From: an uncultured Candidatus Saccharibacteria bacterium
GTDB taxonomy: Bacteria; Patescibacteriota; WWE3; 2-01-FULL-39-13
Reading direction: 5' to 3'
Assembly: GCA_965230915.1 (NCBI GenBank)
Contig: OZ246395.1
Location: 406,284 to 470,283, forward strand
Length of the DNA stretch: 64,000 bases
In this document: positions 19,264-29,106 of the stretch, in pieces
Position numbering within the stretch: the first letter of the stretch is position 1
Layout: every line of letters starts with the position of its first letter
The notes under the pieces: generated by a model
What the model was told of the DNA's origin: nothing
Seen by the model: only the letters and a program-made list of their open reading frames with translations
Database searches by the model: none
Translations under genes and position numbers: made by a program

Positions 19264-19545
19264 TTAATTGATTGGGTTAGGCACAGATTGTTTTATTATT
19301 TCGCTTGCGGGTTTGGCGATGTCACCTACTACAGGTATATATTGTAATTCGTTAAGAATCCATATAGCTAAGCCTAGAATTAAGGTAACACCTATTGTCG
19401 CGCCTAATCCGCCTAGTACTCCACGTAAAAATGCCTGACGTTTTCCTAGAAGATAATTTGTTCTTTGAAGTGTTTTTACTAATTTTTCAGTGGAAGCTTC
19501 ATATGACATTAATAAAATATTACATTTAAATTTAAAACGTGACAA
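19264..19545 (-). CDS. small membrane protein; the true start may be the internal Met (MSYEAS...) near 19509
   Basis: Hydrophobic helix GGLGATIGVTLILGLAIWIL. Confidence 0.35.
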   Translation of the reverse strand: MSRFKFKCNILLMSYEASTEKLVKTLQRTNYLLGKRQAFLRGVLGGLGATIGVTLILGLAIWILNELQYIPVVGDIAKPASEIIKQSVPNPIN

Positions 19546-19570
19546 TTGATTGTTTAATACGTTCCAATAA

Positions 19571-19760
19571 GTGAGGAGGCAAAGTCATGTTTTATGCAGA
19601 CTTCAAAGCGCCGTTCAGTAGAGCGGCGCTTTTCCTTTCCCCAACGGACGAAAGAAAAAGCAGGGAGCGTAGCGAGTGCTCTTTTCCTTTTCACTTGAGT
19701 GCAGCATAAAAATTAAAATAATTCTGAGAAATTTGCTTGAAAGTTAAATTTTGAAGAAGG
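19571..19760 (+). other. G+C-rich structured intergenic element with two hairpin/U-tract motifs, a strong Shine-Dalgarno sequence and a 40-codon ORF. It is a candidate sRNA or leader.
   Basis: GTGAGGAGG lies 7 nt before an ATG at 19587. A perfect 8-bp hairpin aagcgccg-N10-cggcgctt is followed by ttttcctttcc. A second hairpin gagcg...gtgctc is followed by ttttccttttc. Confidence 0.3.
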
Positions 19761-19773
19761 ATTTTAATTTTTC

Positions 19774-21642
19774 TTACGTTCGTTTAAACATCTTCGATAA
19801 TTCTTTTAGCGAAATCTCAACTTTTACAGGTCTACCGTGAGGACAAGTATATTTATTGTCCATCGTATCGAGTTGTGAAATTAATTCCGCGATCTCTTCT
19901 AATGGAATTGTATCTCCTGCTTTATAAGCCAATCGACAAGATAGATAAGTTAAAATTTTATTTGATTGTGAATCAATTTCTTTGTTGTCTGAATGTTGTA
20001 GATCTTCGATTAGCTCGTGAACCAAAGTTTTTATATCAACTTTCTGCATTACAACCGGTATCTGTGTAACTTTATAAGTATTCGGGCCAAATTCTTCTAA
20101 AATAAAACCGGCTTCAGCAAGTTTAGGTAAAATCGGATTTATAAATTCCGATTCATTAATTGATAAATTAATAACAATTGGAGTGAACAATGGTTGTGCA
20201 GCTGTATCTAAATTATCTTCGGCATGTTTTTTTGTTAATTTCTCGTATAAAATTCTTTCATGGACTGCATGCTGATCATAAATATCAATTCCGCTTTCTG
20301 ATTCCACAATAAAATATAAATGATGCACCGATAATATTTTCGGCTGGCTTTTTGGAGCTATTTGAGTGTTTGTACTAGCTGTGTCGTCTTCTTCCCAAGG
20401 CAATTTATCCCACAAACTATCACTTTGTTGTGCGGCAGGTTTATTAAATGGACTTGCAGGTCTCGGAAACGGCGTATTAAATGGATTTGGTTTTGCAAAC
20501 GGTGAATTTTGCATCGGACTTCTTGGCATTTGCGGGTTACCAGCAAAAGGCGAACTAAATTGAGGAGCATTCGGCATTTGAGGCATTGCTGAACCTGAAC
20601 TATTTTGCGCAGCAAAACTTCCTCCACTGCCCGGCAATGAACCTGGTGTTAAATTTGCGCGATCTAGCGATTTTTTAACGGCAGATTTTACTGAATCAAA
20701 AATCAAATGATCGTTTGTGAATTTAACTTCTTCTTTTCTTGGATGAACATTCACATCAACAATATTCGATGCAACATCTATAAAAAGTACAAAAACTGGA
20801 TAAGTATTTTTGGGAATTAAACTGCTATATGCATCTTTTGCAGCAAATGCGATTGATTTATTTTCAATGTTTCGTTTGTTAACAAAAATATATTGATGCT
20901 TTTTTCTTTCACTTGCGAGTTCCGGTTTTCCTACGTATCCATAAATTTCTAGATGCGGATGCTCAAAAAATAGTGGAATTAATTTTTCGTAGTAATCGTT
21001 ACCGAGAATTTCTCGGACACGATCTTCGAGCTGATGATTTTTTGGAAAGCTAAAAACAGTTCGAGCATTATTTATTAATGTGAGTCCAACTTCGGGTTTC
21101 GCCATTGCATGAGCATTTACTACTTCTAAAATATCTTTGTATTCGGATGCAGCAGCTCGTAAAAATTGTTTGCGGGCCGGAACATTATAAAAAAGATCTT
21201 CGATTAAAAGTGAAGTGCCGACTGCTCCACCCGTTTCTGTTTCGCTTATTATCTGGCCGCCTTCGATTTTTATTTCGGTTGCCATATTTGCTTGTGATGT
21301 GCGGGTTTTTAATGTTACTTTTGAAACTGCAGCTATTGATGCGAGGGCTTCTCCGCGAAATCCGAATGATTTGATATTAAGTAAGTCATCGTCTGATGAA
21401 ATTTTTGAAGTTGCGTGGGCTTGAAATGCTAACTTAGCATCATCGGGATCCATTCCCGAACCATTATCGACGATATGAATTTTTTTAATTCCACCTTCTT
21501 CGATATCGATTGAAATTTGGTTTGCTCCGGCGTCGAATGAATTATCTAAAAGTTCTTTGACAATTGAGGCTGGTTTTTCTACTACTTCTCCTGCGGCGAT
21601 TCGGTTGACCAATTCTTGAGGTAAGACTTTAATTTTTCCCAT
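19774..21642 (-). CDS. mutL: DNA mismatch repair protein MutL
   Basis: It has a GHKL ATPase N-terminus (LDNSFDAGA, DNGSGM). Confidence 0.95.
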   Translation of the reverse strand: MGKIKVLPQELVNRIAAGEVVEKPASIVKELLDNSFDAGANQISIDIEEGGIKKIHIVDNGSGMDPDDAKLAFQAHATSKISSDDDLLNIKSFGFRGEALASIAAVSKVTLKTRTSQANMATEIKIEGGQIISETETGGAVGTSLLIEDLFYNVPARKQFLRAAASEYKDILEVVNAHAMAKPEVGLTLINNARTVFSFPKNHQLEDRVREILGNDYYEKLIPLFFEHPHLEIYGYVGKPELASERKKHQYIFVNKRNIENKSIAFAAKDAYSSLIPKNTYPVFVLFIDVASNIVDVNVHPRKEEVKFTNDHLIFDSVKSAVKKSLDRANLTPGSLPGSGGSFAAQNSSGSAMPQMPNAPQFSSPFAGNPQMPRSPMQNSPFAKPNPFNTPFPRPASPFNKPAAQQSDSLWDKLPWEEDDTASTNTQIAPKSQPKILSVHHLYFIVESESGIDIYDQHAVHERILYEKLTKKHAEDNLDTAAQPLFTPIVINLSINESEFINPILPKLAEAGFILEEFGPNTYKVTQIPVVMQKVDIKTLVHELIEDLQHSDNKEIDSQSNKILTYLSCRLAYKAGDTIPLEEIAELISQLDTMDNKYTCPHGRPVKVEISLKELSKMFKRT

Positions 21643-21676
21643 GGAATTATTGTAGCACTAGGCTTATAAGTTATAT

Positions 21677-22282
21677 ATGAATCAAACACTTTATATAAAT
21701 ATAGGAGATGGTAATGCATATGAGCTAACGGTAGATGATTTTAATTTTCATCCTGTATTGAGAGATGTGGAAAATGTAATCTTATTTTTCTTATTGTCAA
21801 ATAGAGCACTGACTTTATTCGATACGCAAAAGATATTATTGGCGGATGAAGTGTTTTCACCTTATATAAAGAAATATAATCAATTGGTTGGGATTAATTT
21901 CATCAAGAATGAGGACAGTAACGAATATATTGCAACATTAAACATACAAAGCCAGATGATATTTCTTGGGAAAGCAATAGCTACTCTTTTGTTCGATTAT
22001 ATTCGCGCTTCGGACTATAATTCTAAGTTAAAAAATACTAGTAAGATGAGATTTTTAAGACACATTAGAAATGGAGCCGCGCATAACAATTGTTTTAATT
22101 TAATAGATGAAGATGGTAATTGGAAAATAAGTGAGAAAAAACCTATTGTTTGGCATAATAAAAAAATTGAGAGAAGTTTACAAGGTCGACAGATTTTCAC
22201 TCAGTTTGTATCTCTGAATGACATGATTCTATTGGCAAGTGAATTTTCAAAGGAATTATTAGCTATAGATAGTAAACCCTAA
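21677..22282 (+). CDS. hypothetical protein with a candidate HEPN-type R-x4-H motif (IRNGAAH)
   Basis: It is 201 aa. RFLRHIRNGAAHNNCF lies in the C-terminal third, as in Abi/HEPN families. It sits divergent to mutL and upstream of dinB. Confidence 0.4.
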   Translation: MNQTLYINIGDGNAYELTVDDFNFHPVLRDVENVILFFLLSNRALTLFDTQKILLADEVFSPYIKKYNQLVGINFIKNEDSNEYIATLNIQSQMIFLGKAIATLLFDYIRASDYNSKLKNTSKMRFLRHIRNGAAHNNCFNLIDEDGNWKISEKKPIVWHNKKIERSLQGRQIFTQFVSLNDMILLASEFSKELLAIDSKP

Positions 22283-22308
22283 TTGTAATTTAGGTTGCTT
22301 TAGATTTT

Positions 22309-23598
22309 CTACCTCCCAAACGCAATCGCATCGGGTGCAAGATTCTCGGTTGCCAACATCTGTGCCGGTTTCACCGTGAACTTTCCAAATTTTTCATTTA
22401 TAGAATCAATCGATTTCATATAATTATCTTTCTTTAAAACGTCATCGAAAAATTCTAATTGTAATCCTTCGTTTTTTGTAACGAAAAAAGTTCCGATAAC
22501 AATTTGGCGAATCGGCATTTTTAATGGCCGTGCATCAAGGATTTGTTTTGCTGCATGATATAAATCGATCGAATCGAAAATTTCTTTCATGCCGGTGTGC
22601 GCGTCTCCCCAATATAAATGCTGTTTGCCCCAATGTGATCGTGATTTTAAATTTAAGTTATCAATTGGAGTGTTTAATTTTTCATATTTTATATTTACAA
22701 AAACTCCTCTAGCTTTATAGCCTTCTTGACGCATTTTGAACGCAACTTTTTCGACTAATTTTTGCAATAAACGACCGATTTCCATTTCGGTAGAAATTGG
22801 TTTATTTAACATATATGAATGTGAAAAACTTCCACGATGAGTTTCGAAATCGTCGATTTCCCAGCCGCGTAATTTTAAATACCAATAATATGCGGCTATT
22901 GATTGAAACGCCGATCTTAATTTAAAAAAGCTGGCGTTATAAAAATCGGTTACATTCATAATGCCGACTCTTTCGAGCATCGCAGAATTGCCGCGCGATA
23001 TTCCACATAAATCTTTTAATTTCATTTTCGAAAAAATTTCTTTGTGGTTATATTGATTAATTTCGTTTAAACCATTTGGTTTTATTAAACCTGCTCCGGT
23101 TTTTGCTAAAAATCTATTTGGAGCAATTCCGATCGATGTTGTTATGTATTCACCTATTTCAGCATTTATTCTAAATTTAATTTCGTCGGCCAAATCAAAC
23201 ATGCTGTGCTTTTTTATGTATGGATAATTTTCCATATGTAAAACAAATTCATCAATAGATTTTGGAATAACCTTTGCGGTGTAATCGAGCAATAAATTTT
23301 TTAATTGTTTGTGAACTTTTCTATAAAGATCCGGACTTGGAGTTAGTGTGATTAATTGTGGGCAAATATGTTTTACTTCGAACATTCGCATGCCGCCTTT
23401 TACCCCCAGTCTTTTTGCTTCGATTGATGCGGCAAGAATACATCCGCTTGGTCCTTCGCGTGTAACAACTGCAACGGGCTTATAGCGAAGTGATGGATTA
23501 TATTGTTGCTCGATTGTCGCGAATGCAGAATTAATATCAATGTGCAAAACTGTCGAAGGAGCTGTATTGAATTTCAAATTGTAAAATTCAGTGACCAT
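22309..23598 (-). CDS. dinB: DNA polymerase IV (Y-family)
   Basis: VLHIDINSAFATIEQ is the Y-family catalytic N-terminus. The start was moved to the internal Met (MVTEFYNL...), because the track ORF 5' extension overlaps the divergent gene. Confidence 0.9.
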   Translation of the reverse strand: MVTEFYNLKFNTAPSTVLHIDINSAFATIEQQYNPSLRYKPVAVVTREGPSGCILAASIEAKRLGVKGGMRMFEVKHICPQLITLTPSPDLYRKVHKQLKNLLLDYTAKVIPKSIDEFVLHMENYPYIKKHSMFDLADEIKFRINAEIGEYITTSIGIAPNRFLAKTGAGLIKPNGLNEINQYNHKEIFSKMKLKDLCGISRGNSAMLERVGIMNVTDFYNASFFKLRSAFQSIAAYYWYLKLRGWEIDDFETHRGSFSHSYMLNKPISTEMEIGRLLQKLVEKVAFKMRQEGYKARGVFVNIKYEKLNTPIDNLNLKSRSHWGKQHLYWGDAHTGMKEIFDSIDLYHAAKQILDARPLKMPIRQIVIGTFFVTKNEGLQLEFFDDVLKKDNYMKSIDSINEKFGKFTVKPAQMLATENLAPDAIAFGR

Positions 23599-23612
23599 GC
23601 ATCGAATATATA

Positions 23613-23630
23613 CCCGAATATAACCCGAAG
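23613..23630 (-). promoter_or_regulatory. candidate LexA operator, a direct repeat TTCGGG-ttata-TTCGGG, 15 nt upstream of the dinB start
   Basis: It shares sequence and spacing with the repeat inside the lexA promoter. Confidence 0.35.
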
Positions 23631-23674
23631 TCAATCGTGTTGACGAATTAATTTTCTCCATGTAAGGTTTAAAC

Positions 23675-24418
23675 ATGGAACATCATAAATCATTACTCTC
23701 AACCCTGATCGGAATTTTCGTTTTGTTCATACTCGTCTACTTTTTTCCATGGAAAAACATCAACTGGGGCACGCTTAATATGCAACCTGGCGAAGTAGTA
23801 ACTGTCACAGGATATGCCGATTCCCAACAAGGCAATCAAAAAGCTACATTTACAGCTGGAGTTTCGGCCGTTAACGACGACAAACAAACAGCTATGGATG
23901 AAGTTAACAATAAAACAAACGAAATCGTAACTAAAGTTAAAGATTTTGGTATTGCCGCTGAGGATATAAAAACTCAGAACATGAATATTTATCAAAATCA
24001 GGAACCATATACCGAAAATGGAGTTACCAAATACAGACTCGGTCAATGGAGCGTAAGCAACAGTATCGAAATAACACTAAATGATGTAGCTAAAGCAAAT
24101 GATTTAGCAAACTTACTTGCATCAACAGGTGCGAACAATGTTTGGGGACCTAACTTTACAACCGGTGATTCTAGAGATGCACAAAAAGCATTAATGTCTG
24201 CTGCTATTGAAGATGCACGCGGAAAAGCAGAAGAAGCTGCAAAAGCTTCAGGTAAAACGCTCGGAAAAGTTTTATCAATTACCGAAGGTGGAACTTCAAA
24301 CGTTTATCCAATGGCAATGTATGACCGAGCAGCTGGAATGGGCGGCGGTGGAATTGGTTTAGAACCGGGATCTACTACTGTTTCACAGAGTGTGGTTGTG
24401 ACGTTTGAACTTAACTAA
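23675..24418 (+). CDS. SIMPL/DUF541 (YggE-like) membrane-anchored protein
   Basis: It has an N-terminal TM helix and the DUF541 pattern ...VTVTGYADS...KVLSITEGG...TVSQSVVVTFEL. Confidence 0.85.
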   Translation: MEHHKSLLSTLIGIFVLFILVYFFPWKNINWGTLNMQPGEVVTVTGYADSQQGNQKATFTAGVSAVNDDKQTAMDEVNNKTNEIVTKVKDFGIAAEDIKTQNMNIYQNQEPYTENGVTKYRLGQWSVSNSIEITLNDVAKANDLANLLASTGANNVWGPNFTTGDSRDAQKALMSAAIEDARGKAEEAAKASGKTLGKVLSITEGGTSNVYPMAMYDRAAGMGGGGIGLEPGSTTVSQSVVVTFELN

Positions 24419-24428
24419 GATTTTCGAT

Positions 24429-24457
24429 AAGCGGCGCTAAATGCGCCGCTTTTTTTT
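24429..24457 (+). terminator. rho-independent terminator after the SIMPL gene
   Basis: The stem aagcggcgc-taaat-gcgccgctt is followed by T8. Confidence 0.7.
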
Positions 24458-24511
24458 ATGACTTTTGCGAAAGCTTTTTATATTATTGATGTAGGATAAG
24501 AAGTTTATAAT

Positions 24512-24769
24512 TTAAGTCTGGCTATAATAATATAACCCGCCTAAGAAGAGTATAATTCCTAGAATTTTCATAAACATTTTTATATTTTTGGTGGGGTTTG
24601 TTTTTGCCTTCTTTTTCTCTAGTAAAAGTAGAGCATCTATAAGCTCATAAAAAAAGAAGAAAAGTACTCCAAAGAAGATTAATACACCGGCTTTTGTAGT
24701 GGTACTCATATGTCCTGAAGACCCCGCTGCTGCAGCGGCTAAAATCGGTACAAGCGAATAAATTAACAT
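24512..24769 (-). CDS. small membrane protein (85 aa)
   Basis: Two hydrophobic helices. ORF only. Confidence 0.3.
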   Translation of the reverse strand: MLIYSLVPILAAAAAGSSGHMSTTTKAGVLIFFGVLFFFFYELIDALLLLEKKKAKTNPTKNIKMFMKILGIILFLGGLYYYSQT

Positions 24770-24800
24770 TAAGTTTATGTTAGCACTTAATATATGCTGC

Positions 24801-27278
24801 TTAAATATCTAGTTTCATCTGCGCACTAGTATTCTGCTGTAATATTTCCTTTGCTCGATTCACAACTTCATCCGGAATCCCTGCTAATTTTGCGACTTCA
24901 ATACCATAACTTTTATTTGTTCCGCCCTTCTCTACTTTGTGTAGAAATTTAATTTCTCCATTATCTTCTGAAACTTTTACATGGTAATTTTCGATTTTCT
25001 TAAAGCGTTGGTCTAATCCGACTAATTCATGAAAGTGTGTTGCGAATAAAGTTTTTGCTTCAATTTTATTGTGAATATATTCGAGAACTGAACGTGCGAT
25101 GCTGAACCCATCTATTGTAGAAGTTCCACGTCCGACTTCGTCTAAAATTATCAAAGAATTTTTTGTAGCATTGTTTAGAATTTTTGCGGTTTCGATCATT
25201 TCGACCATAAAAGTACTTAAGCCTTGCGAAAGCGCGTCGCCTGATCCGATACGAGTGTAGATTCCATCGACAATAGCAATTTCTGCTTTTTGTGCAGGAA
25301 CAAACGATCCGATCTGAGCCATTAACTGAATAATCGCAACCTGACGAATATAAGTCGATTTACCGGCCATATTAGGGCCTGTAATTATCTGTATAAAATG
25401 TTTTTCATCTAATAATGTTGAATTAGGTGTGAATTCTCCTGCTGGTAAAACTTTTTCGACTACCGGATGACGTGCTTCAATTAAATTTAATTTGTAATCG
25501 GTAGAATCTAGCAAAACTGGTTTTACATAATTTGAGGCCGATGCATTTTCTGCAAAACTTACAATACAATCAATTTTTGCTATAACCTTTGCGAGTTCTT
25601 GAATTTTTTCGGCATCCTGTAAAACTTCTCTAACTAATGCAATAAAAATCTCGTATTCCAGTTCATCAATTTTTTCTTTCGCATTCAAAACTATATCTTC
25701 ATGAGCTTTTAATTCTTGAGTAATAAATCTTTCGGCATTTACTAAAGTTTGTTTACGAACATAATTAGCGGGAACTAAATTCGCATTGGCTTTACTTACT
25801 TCGATGTAATATCCAAATACAGAATTAAATCCGACTTTTAAAGTATTTATACCGGTTTTTTCGCGTTCCTGAGATTCAAGTTCGGCGATCCATTTTTGGC
25901 TTTCTGAAATACTTTGCTTAATATTGTCTAAATCTTCGTTGACTCCGTCTTTTATTAGTCCGCCTTCGCGAACAGAAAACGGCGGATCATTCTTTAATTT
26001 AGAACTTATATTGTTGTAAATTGTTTCAGAAGAATCGATAATCTCAGCCACATAATGTGGAAGTAGAGATTCTGCCATTTCAGTTTCTTTTAAGATCTTA
26101 ATAAGCTCAGCAGAATTTCTCATTGAGATACTTAAGCCATATAAATCGCGTCCGTTAACGGTTCCAGTTCCTAGTCTGGCGAATAATCTTTCAATATCCA
26201 AAATACGGCTTAATACATTTATAGATTCTGATCTTAATTTGTGATTTGCAATAAATCCCTCTACGCTTTTATACCTTTCTTCAATTATTTCTTTATTGTT
26301 TGACGGATAAACTAGCCATGTTTTTAATAACCTTGCTCCCATTGGAGTTGAGGTTTTATCGATCACGTCGAACAAGCTATTAGCTTTTTTATTTGCATAT
26401 GAAGTTCTAGATGATTCAAAAATTTCTAAATTCTTAAAAGTTTCAGGGTCAATTCGTACGCAATTTAAATCGGTATTATTTTTAATACTTTTTATGTGGA
26501 ATAAATTATCTTTTTGTGTGTAATTTAGGTAAGCCAATAAATTATATATAGCTTCTATTGAAACTTTGTCGGTTTCTTCGATTCCATAAATGCTAAGAGA
26601 TTTAATATTAAAAAAATCTTTTAGCCAATCACACTGAGTTTCTGTCTTTTTGAAATCTTCTCTTAGTGGATAAATATTTGCCTGATCAATATTCCTTAAT
26701 TCTTTGATAAGTGAAAAATTATCATATAAATCAGGCTTTAAAATGATTTCTGAAGGGCCAATCTTTTTTACACCATTTGTGATTGTTGCCAAAAGCTCAT
26801 CTGCTTTTTTAAATGCAACTTTATTCAAAATAAAGTCTCCCGTGCTTATATCGGCATAAGCAAATGCGACTTCATTATTAGAATTGCTCAAAGTCAGAAT
26901 AAAATTATTAGACTTGCCATCGAGCATCTTTTCATCTGTAATTGTTCCCGGGGTAATTATTCGAACCACTTCGCGTTCTACAATTTCTGGCCCTTTAGAT
27001 GGTTTAGATGTTTGTTCGCAAATCGCGGCTTTATAGCCGGCTTTAACAATTTTAGATAAATATGAATCGATTGAGTGAAATGGAACCCCACACATCGGAA
27101 TTTTTCCGTCTTTGCCTTTTGATCGTGCGGTTAGTGTTATATCTAGAACTTTTGATCCAATTTCGGCGTCTTCTAAAAATAATTCGTAAAAATCACCCAA
27201 TCTAAAAAAAAGCAGACAATCGGGATATTTTTCCTTTATCTTTTCGTATTGTTGCATCATTGGAGTTTCGAAGTTCAT
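24801..27278 (-). CDS. mutS: DNA mismatch repair protein MutS
   Basis: It has a mismatch-binding N-terminus and a Walker A (GPNMAGKST). It is 825 aa. Confidence 0.95.
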   Translation of the reverse strand: MNFETPMMQQYEKIKEKYPDCLLFFRLGDFYELFLEDAEIGSKVLDITLTARSKGKDGKIPMCGVPFHSIDSYLSKIVKAGYKAAICEQTSKPSKGPEIVEREVVRIITPGTITDEKMLDGKSNNFILTLSNSNNEVAFAYADISTGDFILNKVAFKKADELLATITNGVKKIGPSEIILKPDLYDNFSLIKELRNIDQANIYPLREDFKKTETQCDWLKDFFNIKSLSIYGIEETDKVSIEAIYNLLAYLNYTQKDNLFHIKSIKNNTDLNCVRIDPETFKNLEIFESSRTSYANKKANSLFDVIDKTSTPMGARLLKTWLVYPSNNKEIIEERYKSVEGFIANHKLRSESINVLSRILDIERLFARLGTGTVNGRDLYGLSISMRNSAELIKILKETEMAESLLPHYVAEIIDSSETIYNNISSKLKNDPPFSVREGGLIKDGVNEDLDNIKQSISESQKWIAELESQEREKTGINTLKVGFNSVFGYYIEVSKANANLVPANYVRKQTLVNAERFITQELKAHEDIVLNAKEKIDELEYEIFIALVREVLQDAEKIQELAKVIAKIDCIVSFAENASASNYVKPVLLDSTDYKLNLIEARHPVVEKVLPAGEFTPNSTLLDEKHFIQIITGPNMAGKSTYIRQVAIIQLMAQIGSFVPAQKAEIAIVDGIYTRIGSGDALSQGLSTFMVEMIETAKILNNATKNSLIILDEVGRGTSTIDGFSIARSVLEYIHNKIEAKTLFATHFHELVGLDQRFKKIENYHVKVSEDNGEIKFLHKVEKGGTNKSYGIEVAKLAGIPDEVVNRAKEILQQNTSAQMKLDI

Positions 27279-27279
27279 A

Positions 27280-28698
27280 TTATAAGTTTTCTAGGATATC
27301 AGATGGAGTATATACCTGTTTGGGCAATGGAATCGGTGTCTTTTCTGATGTATATAAAAATGTTCCCGGATGATATAAGAAAACTGCCGGAACTTTTGTA
27401 TACATAACATCTTGGAAAATATTGTAGTGCAATAAACGATCATCGAAACTGAAAACATGCCGACCTTCTTCTAGAGCTTTATCTGCACGAAGGTCAACAA
27501 AGTTTGCTATGTTTAAATTCCTTGTTTGAGTTGAATGCCAAAATGTATAACGATCGGGATCCGGAGTTACTTCATGTCCAATCAAAATCACATCAAACTC
27601 TCCTGCTCTTCCACTATCGATTAATTCGTCAATGTCGTAATACTGAAATTCTAATTTTAGACCAAGTTGTTGCTCCCAACTTGTTTTTAAAAAGTCTTCA
27701 AGCTGACGGCCATCCTGATTATTGGGAAGAAGAATCTTTAATGGATCTTCAAATAATGCTTTTTGGCTCTCAGTTAATTTTGCTGTCGGGTCATAATATG
27801 GCTTTTTAAATGTTTCTCGTGTATATGAAGAATAGCTAATCGGACCTTGTGCCAAAATACTATTTTTAAAATAGTTTCGTTTAATAAGTTCTTCCACATT
27901 AATAGCTTTTGCCATAATAGTTCTAACTTCTGGCGCTGAAAGTGCGCTAGACCTTGTATTGAAGTTTAAAGAAAATGTTCTTCCAATAAAGGTTACCGGT
28001 TCAGCTTTAACATGTGGATAATCAAATTCAGTATTACTAAAAAAAGCTGATATTTCGCCTAATTTATAAGCTGTCTTTAAGTCATTATCTGTATCGTAAA
28101 AAGAAAAGTATATTTTATTGTACTGTTTGCCCTTTTTGAACGACTGTAAAATTATTCCCTGTAATTTATCGCGTTCCATAATCACGCGTGATATTCGATA
28201 ACTGGTTGATCCGATAGGCATTAATTTTTGTTGGTTCGGAATATGTGCAGGCTCGATTCCAAAGGTTAATAATGAAGGTAAAATTGCATTTGGAGTTTTT
28301 AGTGAAATGGAAACTTCTTTATCGCTTATTTTTTCAATTTCTATTTCGTCTCTTAAACTTCTATTCATTGTTAAAGTGTAAATAACATCATTTGAAGTTA
28401 TTGATTCTCCATCTTGCCAGTAAATGCCGTCTTTTAGCTTAATGTTATATGATTTTTTATCCTCTGATGTGCTCCAGTCCTCAACTAGATCATTTATTAA
28501 TTCTCCGTCACGGTATTTAAATAATTTTCTAAAAACGAGGTCAGAAACCATTTGCTCGCTAGTTATTTGCGATTCATGTGGAAGAAAACTTATGGGATTT
28601 CCCGTTAGCCCAATTGAAATTGAGCTTTGAGGCCATAAGGTTGCAATAGCAAGAAAAATATTCAAAATTGTTATTTTTATCGCTTCAAAAAAAAGCAT
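27280..28698 (-). CDS. extracellular solute-binding protein, family 5 (oligopeptide-binding-like), abutting mutS
   Basis: It has a signal/TM N-terminus and an SBP_bac_5-like pattern. No permease or ATPase partner is adjacent. Confidence 0.65.
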   Translation of the reverse strand: MLFFEAIKITILNIFLAIATLWPQSSISIGLTGNPISFLPHESQITSEQMVSDLVFRKLFKYRDGELINDLVEDWSTSEDKKSYNIKLKDGIYWQDGESITSNDVIYTLTMNRSLRDEIEIEKISDKEVSISLKTPNAILPSLLTFGIEPAHIPNQQKLMPIGSTSYRISRVIMERDKLQGIILQSFKKGKQYNKIYFSFYDTDNDLKTAYKLGEISAFFSNTEFDYPHVKAEPVTFIGRTFSLNFNTRSSALSAPEVRTIMAKAINVEELIKRNYFKNSILAQGPISYSSYTRETFKKPYYDPTAKLTESQKALFEDPLKILLPNNQDGRQLEDFLKTSWEQQLGLKLEFQYYDIDELIDSGRAGEFDVILIGHEVTPDPDRYTFWHSTQTRNLNIANFVDLRADKALEEGRHVFSFDDRLLHYNIFQDVMYTKVPAVFLYHPGTFLYTSEKTPIPLPKQVYTPSDILENL

Positions 28699-28840
28699 AA
28701 GATTCAGACGTACGTTTAATTTTTAAAAGCTAATAAGTTCCTCGGCACAACCTTTGTTTTGAAATATAAGTCTTTTGGGCCGTTGCGCGCGCACTCGCTT
28801 GCGAGTGTAAGCTTTTCGAAATTAAATGTAGTCTTCATAT

Positions 28841-29053
28841 CTAAATAAAGAGTCCAGCCAGTGAAAGCACGATGAAAAGGAATCCGAAGACCATGGTTAA
28901 GTTATAAACCAATTTGTCGGCACCTCTGCGAGTTCTATTTATGTTTGAGGTATTAGAATAAAAACCTGATTCCTGTTGCTGGATTATCACTAGAAATATT
29001 ATTGCGATTGATATTACTATTAATAAGATGTTAATTATGTCTTGTATAGTCAT
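28841..29053 (-). CDS. secG: preprotein translocase subunit SecG
   Basis: It is a 70-aa two-TM protein. TM1 is followed by IIQQQESG, and the second half is NRTRRGADKLVYNLTMVFGFLFIVLSL. This parallels B. subtilis SecG. Confidence 0.65.
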   Translation of the reverse strand: MTIQDIINILLIVISIAIIFLVIIQQQESGFYSNTSNINRTRRGADKLVYNLTMVFGFLFIVLSLAGLFI

Positions 29054-29106
29054 AAACTTCAGTTATTATATACGTTTTACTATATAAAGAAAACGTCGTT
29101 GGGCTC

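Noticed and set aside
22309-23676. Full-length track ORF for dinB, including the 26-codon N-terminal extension
   Set aside because: The extension overlaps the start of the divergent SIMPL gene. The internal Met gives a canonical Y-family N-terminus, so the shorter form was used.
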